This document shows positions 26,500 through 39,653 of a stretch of DNA of 64,000 bases, piece by piece. Source of the stretch: Octopus vulgaris (lineage: Eukaryota); NCBI GenBank assembly GCA_951406725.2, contig OX597821.1:100688001-100752000 (forward strand). The letters are read 5' to 3'. The stretch's first letter is position 1, and every line of letters begins with the position of its first letter. The notes beneath the pieces are model-generated. The model saw only the letters and a program-made list of their open reading frames with translations, did no database searches and was not told where the DNA came from. The translations under genes were made by a program, and so were the position numbers.

Positions 26500-26735
26500 T
26501 ATTAAATAAAATGAGACAACAAAGCCAAGGCAGTGTGAAATTTCTAAGACATTTATAAAGAGGAAGATAGTTGTACGGGTGGTTCGGGGATATGAGCGAT
26601 ATCCCTACATCAGAGACGATATGAGAGAGTTAAATAGAGGGAAGTCGTAGAGTTCAATATAAGGAGTTATTTTGGAAAGGGAGAGGTGTAGGAAGTGTAA
26701 AGGGAAATAAGAGAATAAAAAGAAAAATATACTAT
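26500..26735 (-). mobile_element. Second copy of the 18250-18490 element with decayed hammerhead
   Basis: Minus strand GTCT-CTGATGT-AGGGATAT-CGCTC-ATATCCCC-GAACCACCCGTA; flanks align with 18270-18470. Confidence 0.65.
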
Positions 26736-26834
26736 TATCAAACCGGGAATTTAACTATGGTCCTTTTGTATCACTTACATAGCCTTGCCTGCCATTTTGG
26801 GTCTTCTGAAAACCAAAACCGCTCATATAATATA

Positions 26835-27010
26835 TATGTTGTGTTCTTGAGCAAAACACTTTATTTCACGTTGCTCCAGTCCACTCAGCTGGCAAAAATA
26901 AGTAACGCTGCAATGGACTGGCGTCCCGACCAGCTGGGGAACACATACGCCATTGAAACCTGGAAACCGGGCCCATGAGCCTGGCTAAGTTTTAAAAGGG
27001 CGCATTTATT
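26835..27010 (+). mobile_element. CORE-type SINE fragment (inverted partner at 26330-26480)
   Basis: TGTGTTCTTGAGCAAAACACTTTATTTCACGTTGCTCCAGTCCACTCAGCTGG resembles the CORE domain. Confidence 0.65.
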
Positions 27011-27025
27011 TATTCTATATAGATA

Positions 27026-27422
27026 CTAGCAGTATCGCCCGGCGTTGCTCGGGTTTGTAAGGGAAATAACTATATAAGCATTTTTAGAGAGTTATAGCTA
27101 AAAAATAGCAAAAAAATGCATTAAAAATGGAAAAAAAATTATGGTAATTTTTTTTTTAAATCGTTGACTTATCGTAGACATTTTTAGAGAGTTACTTCCC
27201 TTATATAATAGCGAAAAAATGCATTAAAATGGAAAAAATTATGGTAATTTTTTTTTTAAATCGTAGACTCATAGTAGACGCGCGCTAATACCCAGAAGGG
27301 CTCGATATGAATCACGACTATAAGATACCCGGTTTTGGTTAAACTGCACCGCAAAATGTGCGAGTAGTTAGGAATCTAAATCGTAGGAGACAGACACACA
27401 ACTTCACTTTTATATATAAAGA
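27026..27422 (-). mobile_element. Non-autonomous Helitron
   Basis: Minus strand A|TC...CCCGAGCAACGCCGGG hairpin...CTAG|T; no TSD; internal ~100-bp tandem duplication. Confidence 0.8.
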
Positions 27423-27529
27423 TATATACACTCATATACATGCACACATATGTACACATAATGTTCGATGGGCGATGACTACTCATGAGGTCTTTATACA
27501 CACACACGCACACACACTCACACACACAC

Positions 27530-27565
<36 letters not shown>

Positions 27566-27683
27566 TCATATACCTTTATATATATACACACACACATATA
27601 TAGTCTTAATTGTAAATTTAAAAGATAGAAAGATAGATACATACATATATACATACATACCCACACACGCACATACATACATG

Positions 27684-27715
<32 letters not shown>

Positions 27716-27757
27716 CATACATACATACATACATACATACATACATACATACATACA

Positions 27758-27788
<31 letters not shown>

Positions 27789-28929
27789 GTACATATACGC
27801 ACGTGTGTGAGTAAATCCTGTGTGTATGTCTGCACGGATGAACGAAAGTAGTTGGCAGATTTATGAACATCTATGAACATGTAAACGTAGACATTGGTAT
27901 AGAAGTGTGCCTTCATGTTTATGGACATACGCGCATAGATTGATAGATACATTTGTGTATGTGTATGTGAGACGTATGTGCGCGTACGTAATGTAAACAT
28001 AAATGTATCCATATACAAATATTAGTCGATAATGTGTTTATATACATGCATACGTGTATGCATTCAGTTACGTTATATTTCTGTGTATTCGTGCATGTTT
28101 ATGTGTGTCATACGCGTATGTTTATGTGTGCTCGTGCATGCGAGTGTGTATGTGTTCAATTTTAGAAAGAAATTTTTTGAAAATAATAATTATTTATAAA
28201 CTAACCTAAAATATTTGCTCAGATCTCAATTGCTTTTCTACTCTTCAAATAAAACCTAGTTATTTTAAATCATCTATACATTTATTTTAACCAACGTTTT
28301 CTTTTTTGTTCTATGCATGTTCAGCTATATTGAATACATGTTAGCTTAACTCAGTTCATTTGTATAAACATTCAAGAATTTTTTAAACCACACAAAGGCT
28401 TACGTAATGTCTACAAGGTAAGTTTCTAACAACAAAAAATCAAATAGACTGAAGAAATTATTTTATACCAAGTCCCTGTCATTCTTCTACTGTTTCTTCT
28501 TTCCATTTTTTTAAACATTCCTTTATATCTTTCCTGCTTTTTTTATTCTTCTACCATCGTCTTTTCCCTTTCTGTATACTGTTGTTTTGTGTCTTTTAAT
28601 TGTTTTCGTCTATTGAATGATTATAGTTTTATTTTTGTTTGGCTGTTGTTGCTTTGCATTGTTTTGATTTATTCATTCTTTTATCTATTAGCTTTCATTA
28701 CTTTCAATCATTGGACTGCGACCATGCTGGGACACCTCATTAAGGGATTCAGTCGAACAAATCGATCACAGTGCATATTAATTTTAAGTCCTGTATTTAT
28801 TCTATTGGTCCATTCTGCCGAAACAAGCACAAACACAGACACACACATACATGCAGGTATGTGTATGTATGTGTGCGTGTATATATGTATAAATATATAT
28901 ATATATATTTTTTTTTTTTTTTATAGGGA

Positions 28930-29228
28930 AGGTGCATGGCTTAGTGGTTAGTGTGTTGCACTCGTGATTGCGAGATCGTACCGTGGGTTCGATTCCCTGA
29001 CCGAACATTGCGTTCTGTTCTTGAGCAAAGCACTTCGTTTCACGTTGCTCTGCGATCATTTCGACGTCTGACATATTGCACCCGTTGCACCTGTACAGGT
29101 AATTTCGATCTGATGGAGGGGTGAGCTTATGTCTACACAAACATTTGATAACTATAAACAAATCATCTGTGTGGTTGTTCGGTAAGAAAATGTTGATCCT
29201 TCATACGTCGCCTAACGACGGGTCAGTC
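28930..29228 (+). mobile_element. tRNA-derived CORE-like SINE (second copy 41590-41880)
   Basis: A box TGGCTTAGTGG, B box GGTTCGATTCC, then GTTCTTGAGCAAAGCACTT. Confidence 0.75.
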
Positions 29229-29376
29229 CAGCATATATATATATATATATATATGTCGCAAGGGGGCACATGTTAACACATGGAAGACACCTCGCCTGGA
29301 TGTTTACCACTTCTGAGGTTCCTCTCACTATGAAACATATGTAACCCAGATCTAATCTACTCCATTCCGTAACACT

Positions 29377-29428
<52 letters not shown>

Positions 29429-29599
29429 ATTAGAGGATATTTTAACCTCATGTAGGTTAAAATATATAAAACGTATAAAGCATATGGCTTTTATCCATTG
29501 AAAAGAAGAAAAGAAAATGGAGATTCGGAAGTTAATAGTCGTTTATTATGTGTGCCTTTCAATTCAAGTCTACATATAACATCCAAAAGTACATCTTTT

Positions 29600-29696
29600 T
29601 TCCTCTGATGAAATTATACTCATATTACATAAATGTAAATTTAATGTACAAATCTGTAATTAAATTATTAAGTATTAATTGAAACGGCTGTAAGAA
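29600..29696 (+). ncRNA. Type I hammerhead motif with long AT-rich stem II
   Basis: TTCCT-CTGATGA-AATTATACT...AGTATTAATT-GAAAC-GGCT-GTA-AGAA; lies between inverted arms 29490-29540 and 29730-29782. Confidence 0.7.
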
Positions 29697-30192
29697 CCGG
29701 AGATGACCAATTTGTTGTCAGTGATAAACTATCAATAACTTCCTAAACTCCTTTTTCTTTTCTTCTTTCAAATGGATATAAACTATATATATATTGTCAT
29801 AAAATACAGTGTACATTTAAACACATGAGGAATCCACTTGTGGGATTTAATACGCTAGAAAGAATAGCTAGGTTCCATAACCACTAAATTAGGGATAAAA
29901 TTCGACAGGAACGAAATGAAAAAATATAAACATTTTACCATCTAGTTTCCTGGACCAATTGGTTTCTGATTTTAGTTTAGCAAATAAAATAACATATACT
30001 CGCTAGGTGAAATCGTCCTCAGCAGGAACACCTTGCGTTAAATATATAAACATGAGGCGATCAAAGTGTCGTGCCTCTTGTTTATACATCTTAACTTTTT
30101 CAAAATCTACTGCGCAGCCGCAGCCCTTCACCAGCAATAAAAATTGCCACCTTTTTTACCTAAAAGGTACAAAGATCGATAAATAGATGCAT

Positions 30193-30223
<31 letters not shown>

Positions 30224-30595
30224 TGCACATACATAAATACATACATACATATTTACATATGTATGTGAGTAAATCTTGTGTGTATGCCTGCACGCATGAA
30301 CGAAAGTAGTTGGTAGATTTATGAATATGTATGAACATGTAAATGTAGACATTGGTATACAAGTGTGCCTTCACCTTTATGGACATACGCGCTTAGATTG
30401 ATAGATACATGTGTGTATGTATATGTGAGACGTATGTGCGCGTATGTATCTTTCTAGCGTGTTGAATCCCTCGTGTGTTTAAATGTACACTGTATTTTAT
30501 GACTAATACATAGTCTTTGGACTCTATTTTTACACTTTAGGCCACTGGAAATGGAAATATTTCCCTTTGATATGATTAAATATATATATATATAT

Positions 30596-30631
<36 letters not shown>

Positions 30632-30636
<5 letters not shown>

Positions 30637-30838
30637 ATCCAAATATGAAAACACAAAGAGAAAACACAAACAACGCGAAGACGTGGAACAAGTATAGTGT
30701 TATTGGACGCTCAGGAAAGAAAGAAGGACTATTTAACATTTCGAGCGGAGCTCTTCGTCAGAAACATAGGAAAAAGAAAGATCCAAGGAAGGGAAGACGG
30801 AGGAAAAAAATCGCCAACGATACACACGCGGTTACATA
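30632..30838 (-). mobile_element. ~205-bp (TA)n-embedded hammerhead-bearing element, family 2
   Basis: Minus strand CTATGTTT-CTGACGA-AGAGC-TCC-GCTC-GAAATGTT-AAATAG at 30729-30769; (TA)n on both sides. Confidence 0.75.
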
Positions 30839-31794
30839 TCTATATATATATATATATATAGTGACTGAAACGAAATATATATATTAGCAGAGATATCCGG
30901 CTTTGCTCTGGGTTAAAATGGCATGTTTTTTTTTATTTTACTTGTTTTGGTCATGTGACTGCGGACATGCTGGAGCACCGCCTTTAGTCGAAGAAATCGA
31001 CCCATAGAATTATTTTTTGTAAACTTAGTACTTATTCTATCGGGGTGTTTTGCCAAACGGCTAAGATACGGGAACGTAAACACAGCAACATCACTTGTCA
31101 AGCGATGGTGGGCGTACAAACACAGACACAGACACATATATATATATAAAACTGAGAATGTGTGTGTGTGTGTGTGTATCTGTCTGTGTGTCTGTATGTG
31201 CGCATCACTAAAACTCGAGAACTACATAATCGATTCCATTCAAAGTTTACACATGCCTTATTTAGGGGCCATGCAGTGTCCTGGGCAAAAAATGTTAACT
31301 CCTTGCCTAATGCGAGCCCGGGGCAATCTCTTATCTGTTACACTATATCAGTATTATGTATCAAAGGTGAAACAATAACATCTCTATTGTAATGTGAGAT
31401 AATACTTTCACTATTAATAATGAATCTATTATCTCACATATATACATGCATACACACATATGTATAGATATATATATATATTTATATATATATATTTATA
31501 TATATATATATATACATTATGTATATGTATGGGTATATATATATATATATATATGGCTAATAGGTTAAATGAGACATACCTATCTTCATGGCCGAAACAG
31601 CTGTCAGTTATAATGTATATGTATTTTATATCTTGTTATATTTATTTAGTTATATCTCATCATATTGATTGTAATTATTGTACTGTATTAATGTATAATC
31701 TCATTGCTATTGTGTAGTGTTTTAATAAAGTATATGATTCGGTATTATCTGATAGTTGATTGATTTAGATATATTTCTCCATTTTCTCATTTTG

Positions 31795-31822
<28 letters not shown>

Positions 31823-31828
<6 letters not shown>

Positions 31829-31913
31829 CATACTTTGATGAATAAAACTATTCCTTGTATTTATAAAACATTAGCAAACTTTCTTCTTTTCTACAAATTT
31901 CATACTTGACGAC

Positions 31914-31956
<43 letters not shown>

Positions 31957-31971
31957 CCGTACATATACATA

Positions 31972-32015
<44 letters not shown>

Positions 32016-32031
32016 TATGTATATGTACGGG

Positions 32032-32086
<55 letters not shown>

Positions 32087-32177
32087 GTCGTCAAGTATGA
32101 AATTTGTAGAAAAGAAAAAAGTTAGCTAATGTTTTATAAATACAAGGAATAGTTTTATTCATCAAAGTATGCACACA
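31823..32177. repeat. Long palindrome centred on a (TA)n tract
   Basis: TGTGTGCATACTTTGATGAATAAAAC...GACGACCTAATA mirrored by TATTAGGTCGTC...CATCAAAGTATGCACACA. Confidence 0.95.
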
Positions 32178-32424
32178 TATTGTCAATACACTTTTGTCAT
32201 TTCAGCAGTTGCTTGTCCAACCCGAAAGTGTAAAAGCCTGGCAATCTAGAGTCAATAAAATCTTGGAAGGCCTGTTTTACAGCATCGTCGGAATTAAATT
32301 TTTTTCTATCAAAAAGTTATCCAAGTTCTGGAAGAAGTGGTAGTCAGTGGGGGAAAGATCAGGTGAGTATGGTGAATGATGGTGAACTTCCAACTCCAAC
32401 TCCTGTAGTTTCGCCAATGTCATT
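32081..32424 (-). mobile_element. Mariner 3' fragment (transposase C-terminus plus 3' TIR)
   Basis: LQELELEVHHHSPYSPDLSPTDYHFFQNLDNF...KFNSDDAVKQAFQDFIDSR...QKCIDNMCAYFDE*, then a TIR ending GACCTAATA. Confidence 0.9.
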
Positions 32425-32756
32425 TATGCGATGTCTGGTTAAGCCTCTGTATGTTCTTTTAAGTGCACTGCCTATTCTCCATCTACAATCTACGTTATTT
32501 CTTTTCATGGGCATTATTCACTCAAACGGTATCTGTTCGTATCTTTGTAATTGCAGTCATATTGGATTGGTTTTGAGATGTTTAAATATTTTACTGTGGC
32601 TAAAGATCTATAATTTTCACACACTGACAACAATAATCACTGACAACCTTTTAATCTTGTGGAAGATTTCCTTATATTACTGTGAAGCAAAAGAGAGCTT
32701 TACTGTTGTGAAGAGTGTCTGGGCAATATAACAGATAGAGAAAGAGGGAGATACAC

Positions 32757-32848
<92 letters not shown>

Positions 32849-33423
32849 TGTTTAAATAGTAGGGGCGTTTTCTTGGAATTATTTCATCCAAAAACGTGTG
32901 TTTCCGTAGCAGATTGTCTGTGGATATATTGTTTCCGTTTAAAAACATTCAATATGTGGCTGCAAAAATGACTGCATTTCAAATATGGATGTTTTTCTGA
33001 CTACGTACAGTTTAAAGTTGTCATATCTACGTTAAGAAAACTTTCGTGAACATAGATATCTAACAGGTTTCCGTTATGAATATATAAATATGGGAAGAGA
33101 AAGAATCTCACTGAAATCCTGTACGAAATGACCTGATGTAGAAAGGAAATAGAAATTGTAATTCTCTTCTTTTTATCTTCTGCTTTAGGGATTTCTTTTC
33201 TATTCCTAAATGTTTACTAATCTAACAGCGTATGTTAGCAAAGTAAGCTATAAAAGATAAAGGAAAACACCAGAATATTCAATGCTCTGTAATTCTCATC
33301 TGCACGTAAGATACATTGATTCAGAATATAGGCTGTACCATCATTTTATCATGGAAAATTAGAGGAATAAAACCTTTAAAATATATCCGTACTGTATGTC
33401 TTTATTGATTCAGTGAATAAATA

Positions 33424-34662
33424 CGAGGGGCGTTCAATAAGTAATGCCCCTGACCCACTTCCCATAGCAGTAGAGCAACGACACTTGGCACAGTTATTAG
33501 TTTTTTCCTACATAGGAACTACCCAGAGTTATGCATTTCTTCCATCGTTTGATACAGCTCTGGAGACCGTTTTTGTAGAAGACCCCAGCTTGGTCCTCCA
33601 ACCACGACGTGACTTCAGAAATCAAGGCTGCATCATCTGGGAAACGCTTTCCTTTCAAAATCAACTTCATGGCTGGGAAGAGGTGAAAATCAGAGGGTGC
33701 AAGGGGAGGAGTTCATAGCTGCACGCCTGTACTTCTGATCTGGCGACATGCGAGTTGTGGACCGGAGCGTTGTCCTGCAGGAGGATGATGCCTTTGCTGA
33801 TCTTGCCCCGCCCCTTGATTTTGATAGCTTCTCTTAATTTCCTCAAAAGTGAAGCATAATAGGCTCCTGTAATTGTGGTACCCTTTGCCAGGAAATCTGT
33901 CATCACTACTCCGTCCTGGTCCCAGAAGACTGTGAGCATAACCTTGTCAGCGGAGGGCTGCACCCTTGCCTTCTTTGGAGGAGGTGAGTCACGGTGCTTT
34001 CACTGCATTGACTGGGCTTTGGTCTATGGATCATAGTGATGGACCCAGGTTTTATCCTGTGTGATCAGTCTTTTGAAAAATTTTGACTCATCTTCTTGGC
34101 ACATCTCCAAATTCATCCTCGAGCACTCAACGCGTTCTTGCTTCTGGAAAGGTGTGAGCAACCTGGAAATCCATCTGGCAGACACCTTTTGCATATGCAA
34201 ATGGTCATGAATGATAGTTTCCACAGACCCGGTACTAATCTTGACCTTATGGGCTATTTGGCGAATAGTTATGCGTTGACCTTCCAAAATGGCAGCCTCA
34301 ACTTGACGGACAGACGTCTCATCAACGGCAGAAGGGGGCGACCAGATCTGGGAGCTGTTTCCACAGAGTTCCGACTATGTTTGAATTCACAATGCCAGCG
34401 TTTTACAAGGTCATATGATGGGGCATCATCACGATAAGTTACTTTCATTTCATCAAAAGTCTCCCGTGGTGTGCGTCCTTTCAAATACAAAAACCAGATC
34501 ACTGCTCGACACTCAACAGGCTCCATTTCACACTTGACTCAGTTCAAACACCTGTAATTCGCCACTTAATCTATAGAGGTATAAAGAAGTGCGCATGCAA
34601 AATTTCAGCTGGATCAAACAACTGCAAGTGGGTCAGGGGCATTACTTATTGAACGCCCCTCG
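33424..34662 (-). mobile_element. Full-length mariner transposon, 1239 bp
   Basis: Perfect 37-bp TIRs (33424-33460, 34626-34662) and TA duplication on both sides. Confidence 0.97.
33497..34526 (-). pseudogene. Disrupted mariner DDD transposase
   Basis: MEPVECRAVIWFLYLKG...RSGRP, ITQDKTWVHHYDP, LLQDNAPVH, SDFHLF...KRWKKCITLGSSYVGKN*; stops, frameshifts and a deletion in the YSPDLAP motif. Confidence 0.92.
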
Positions 34663-35168
34663 TACAAACACGCGCGCGCATACACTCACACACACACACA
34701 CACACAATATTTAAATTCAAACATTTTTCTTTCTTTGTCTCGACCTGTAGCACGTGATATTCATGTTCCTGTGTTACTTTTTCTCATTCTTGTACATCTC
34801 TTTTTCAGTCAAAGACCTTTAATCACTTTGTATTCAGAATAGCAGAGTCTTAGCATAAATGGACGAACGTCTTCGGGATCGCTCGATTTGCTAAAAGTAG
34901 CCGCCAAATGGACATCAAATCCTACTCTCCGGTTTTGCAAAGGAAAGGAATCTTAGACCAGCATAACGCCTCATACGTGCATGCATACATGCATACATAC
35001 ATACATACATACATACATACATACATACATACATACATACATGCAAGCACGCACATGTGTATGTGCGTGTGTGTGTGTGTATTTGTGTATATATATATAT
35101 TTATTCTTTTATTCTTTTACTTGTTTCAGTCATTTCAGGTGCACTGCATTGTCAATATATATATATAC

Positions 35169-35257
<89 letters not shown>

Positions 35258-35262
<5 letters not shown>

Positions 35263-35628
35263 ATATATAAACGGCAGTTTGTCTGTGCGTGTTTCTGTGT
35301 GTCTGTTTGCTTGTACCCTCACCCTGACCACGGCTTTCAACCGATTCTGATGAAACTTGACACACACATAGCCCAACGTCATAATTCAAAACTAACGCAG
35401 CCAAAATTTTGAAAAGTTCCGCCAGTTCTGAAAAAATCGATAAATTCGACATGGGGTCGAGAATCAGAAACACGAACCACAAACTGTCTAGGGGACGCAA
35501 CTCCATCCTTTTTTAACTCTCAAAAAAAAATTACCATATATTTTTCCATTTTTTGGCTATAACTCTCTAAAAAATGCTTTATAGTTATTTCCCTTACAAA
35601 CCTGAGCAACGCCGGGCGATACTGCTAG
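35258..35628 (+). mobile_element. Non-autonomous Helitron
   Basis: A|TC start, CCTGAGCAACGCCGGG hairpin, CTAG|T end; last ~90 bp shared with 27026-27422. Confidence 0.8.
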
Positions 35629-35736
35629 TACAAGATAAGAAAATGGACAAATACATCTAAATCAAATATCAATTACCAGATAATACTGGTAATTAATATT
35701 TGATTGAGATATATTTCTCCATTTTCTTATCTTGTA
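35629..35736. repeat. Palindrome with ~50-bp arms
   Basis: TACAAGATAAGAAAATGGACAAAT...CCAG-ataata-CTGG...TTTCTCCATTTTCTTATCTTGTA; arm related to 31741-31797. Confidence 0.85.
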
Positions 35737-35902
35737 TTAGTAATTTGTGGTAAATCATTTTACCTTTGCCCATATAATGCAGTAAATGAATTGATTGCAT
35801 CGCAATCATTAACATTTATGTATTAACTTTGTTGGGTACTTCACTAGCAGTATATTGGATATACATTATCCTATAGGGGGTTGCATTTACAACCCCTATC
35901 TC

Positions 35903-35960
<58 letters not shown>

Positions 35961-35962
<2 letters not shown>

Positions 35963-36240
35963 CGGGAAAGTTTACGAAAATAAACAAAAGACGAAGGCAG
36001 GTGGAGTACAAACAAACAAATGTATTAGTAATACGCTCAGGAATAGAAATAGAAAAGGTCTTTTACGTTTCGAGCCTACGCTCTTCGACAGAAAGATACG
36101 CAGAAAAAAAAAACAAGGAGAGAAAAAAGGAGAGACAAAAAAGGAGAGAAAATGGAGAGAAGAAAAAGGAGAGAAAAAAGGAGAGAAAAAAAGGAGAGAA
36201 AAAATGTCTGTAGGAGCTAACGATCTATCATGGCGTCTTG
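35961..36240 (-). mobile_element. Hammerhead-bearing element, family 1
   Basis: Minus strand TCTTT-CTGTCGA-AGAGC-GTAG-GCTC-GAAACGTA-AAAGA at 36059-36096; flanked by TA. Confidence 0.8.
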
Positions 36241-36244
36241 ATAT

Positions 36245-36270
36245 ATATAATAATAATAATGATAATAATA

Positions 36271-36320
<50 letters not shown>

Positions 36321-36357
36321 GTTGATGATGAAGATGATGACGATGATGATGATGATG

Positions 36358-36447
<90 letters not shown>

Positions 36448-38257
36448 GGAGTACTTATTACTTATTACAACCATCCGGACATAATATTGTTTCAAACTTT
36501 GGTACAAGGCTAGCAATTTTGAGGGAAAGAGAAATTGATTGCATTGAATCCAGTGATCAACTGGTACTTAGGTTCTTCACCTCGAAAGGATGAAAGGTAA
36601 TGTCGACCTTAGCAGTGTTTGAACTAAAAACATAATGTCTGCCAGTTGGTCGCCTTCAACTTGGTTGTAATATGAAATGTTGTTAAAGAATAGCAGAGAA
36701 AAACATTATCTGCCCCTTGTGTGTCAGAATATGATTTTGTATCAGACCCCTCACTTCGATGTCTGACATTAAATCTGTTAACTGCGTATATCAAATCAGT
36801 TATGTCATGTTGGATGTATCCGGGGCTTTACAGGATGTCAAATGTTTGGATTCGTAGCAATCTTTGTCAGACTAAAGATTAAAAACATGGCTGTTCTTCT
36901 CGTTGTTGTCGTGGTTGTTGTGAAAGATTTGTATTAATGTGTTAAAGCCAAAATGAATTAACAAACTCGCTAAACTTTATTTGAATGGTTGCCGGCAATA
37001 TGAAGTAATTTCTCATTGTTATTCTTATTATTTACTTGTTCTTGTTTGTTAGTGGTGGTGATGTCATTGTTGTTGCTGTTGTTGTTGCTGTTGTTGTTGT
37101 TGTTAATTTTATTGTCGGTTTTTTTTAATGTGTCTTGTTATTGTCTATGCCGTAGTTGATGGTTTAAATATTTTATTATTCATTTCAGACTTGTTGATAC
37201 AATTAGTAATCTTGTTGGCGTTGAGTTGGCTTCTTGCTATTGTTGTTGCTGTTGTTGTTGTTATCATTTCTGTACTTATTGATGTTTGTATTGCTGCTAG
37301 TGATGATGCTGTTGTTTTTATTGTTCTTGTTGGTATTTTAAGTGTGTTATTTTATTATTGCAATTGCTATCATCAGCATCATCATCATCATCATCTGTTG
37401 GTTTTGTTGTTATTGTTGCTGTCGAAGTTTAGAATATTGTATTGTATTTATTGCTGTTGTTACTGTGGCTTCTAATGTTCCAGTTTTCGTTCTTTTGTTT
37501 GTTTGTTTCTTTCTTTTTGCAGCAACAGTGAAAATTTTTATTTTAGTTATTCATTTATTTTTGCACCAAAACGATTTGTTATACTTGCTGATGATGGCGT
37601 CCATGATTATTATAAAGATGCCGATAGAAACGCTGCCATCGCTGTCGTTGTTGATGATGGTTTTTGTTGTTGTTGTTGTTGTAGCTGCTGATGTTGATGA
37701 TAACGTCATTGTTATTGCTTCTGCTGCTGCTGTTGTTGTTGTTGTTGTTTCTGTTGTTGTTGTTGTTGTTGTCGTCACTGATGACACATTTCGTGTGTTA
37801 ATAAAACTTACATGCAGTAATCTGCCGTCAGTTTAAGCTTAACGTCAGAACCCAGAACGAGGTCACGTGCTAGCAAAGGTGGATCAAGAAGCAGTAAAAA
37901 TTATAGAATGAAATACAAAATCAAGGCAGTTATAGGTGAGGAGGGCGGGAGAGGGAATAAATAACTGAACAAAATTATAAAAAAATACAAACTAAAAAAA
38001 TAACACAAAGAATAAACGAAAGAGCTGTGTAGTTGACAGAATGAGTGAAAAATCTTAAAATATATGGGATGAAGGAGGGTCTGCTGTCTGGTGGCGAGGA
38101 TCTTTCGCCTGGCAAGCGGATAGTTGAAAAACAGGAAATAGTAAAGGTTACAGCATTATTAATGGCAACAGCGGCAATAACAGTGATAACAGCGGTGTGT
38201 CTTGTCAGTAACACTACTATCAGAAGAGAGATATCATATCATAGCAAATGAAAATAG

Positions 38258-38308
<51 letters not shown>

Positions 38309-38453
38309 TAGTAGTAGTAGAGTTGTTGGTGTTGGTGGTGTTTCTCTCGCGCTAGTGTTGCTGGTGGTGGTGCTGGTGCTTGTGGTGGTGGTACTAGCAA
38401 TAGTGGTTATGGTGAAAGTCGCTGTCGTTGTCGTCGTCGTCGTCGTCGTCGTC

Positions 38454-38551
<98 letters not shown>

Positions 38552-38650
38552 AGTCGTAGTAGTAGTTGTTGTTGTAGTAGAGGTGATGGTGGTGGTGGTG
38601 GTGGTGGTAGTGGTGGTGGTGGTGGTGGTGGTGGCGGCGGCGGCGCCGGT
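36245..38650. repeat. Trinucleotide low-complexity region (AAT, GAT, GTT, GTA, GGT, CAG); similar block at 46685-48110
   Basis: Directly visible tandem repeats. Confidence 0.85.
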
Positions 38651-39262
38651 GGTGCAAAAGCATCCGGAAGGGGAAAAAATAATTGCAAATTGCGTGTAAG
38701 ATTTGAAGCAATCATTATTATTTAGTTCGGGTTAGGAAAGAAGTTCCTTATTATCCCGGAAACTGGTGAAACTGATTGATCTAATAATACCCGTGTGTTA
38801 TATTATCATTATTTATTGATATCCATTTTTATTGGCTCTGTATGGGTAAAAGTCAGTGTCAATCTCAAGGGAATATTGAACGTAAGGCTGAGGTGTGTTA
38901 AGCCACATACGGATAAATTTGCTGTACAAAAACTAACCTCTGAGTTCGGGTAAAAGAAACATCTGAAATACAATACCTACGCAGAAACTACAAGAGCTAG
39001 TTAAAGATATTGTAACCGTTTCTCCTAATGGTAACTAAATCCATTGCCTCCTTGGTAGCCCTTCCGTATCATCAGCAGATATCTAAAAGCCACAAGCATT
39101 TCGTCTGAGTGGGGCAGCGAGGAGTGAATTGGCCTTCGCCTCCAGAATGGTTCTCTCTGCAGTGTCTCTTCAACCATAACTTGCTCGTGCTGGTTTCATC
39201 TGCCATTACGGTCCTTCTTCTTCTGCCCTTAGGTGTTCAGTATATTTTAAGCATACTCATTA

Positions 39263-39653
39263 CTTATTTCAGTCATTTGACTGCGGCCATGCTGGAGCAC
39301 CGCTTTTAGTCGAGCAAATCGACCCCAAGACTTATTCTTTGTATACCTAGTACTTATTCTATCGGTCTCTTTTTCCTAACCGCTAAGTTACGTGGACGTA
39401 GACACACCAGCATCGGTTGTCAAGCAATATTAGGGGGACAAACACAGACACACAAACACACACACATACATATATATACATATACATATATACGACGGGA
39501 TGCTTTCAGCTTCAGTCTACCAAATCCACTGACAAGGCTTTGGTCAGCCCGAGGCTATAGTAGAAACACTTGCCCAAGGTGTCACGCAGTGGGACTGAAC
39601 CTGGAACCATGTGGTTGGTAAGCAAGCTACTTACCACACAGCCATTCCTGCGC
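39263..39653 (-). mobile_element. SINE family A, near full length
   Basis: Reverse complement of the family A sequence. Confidence 0.9.
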
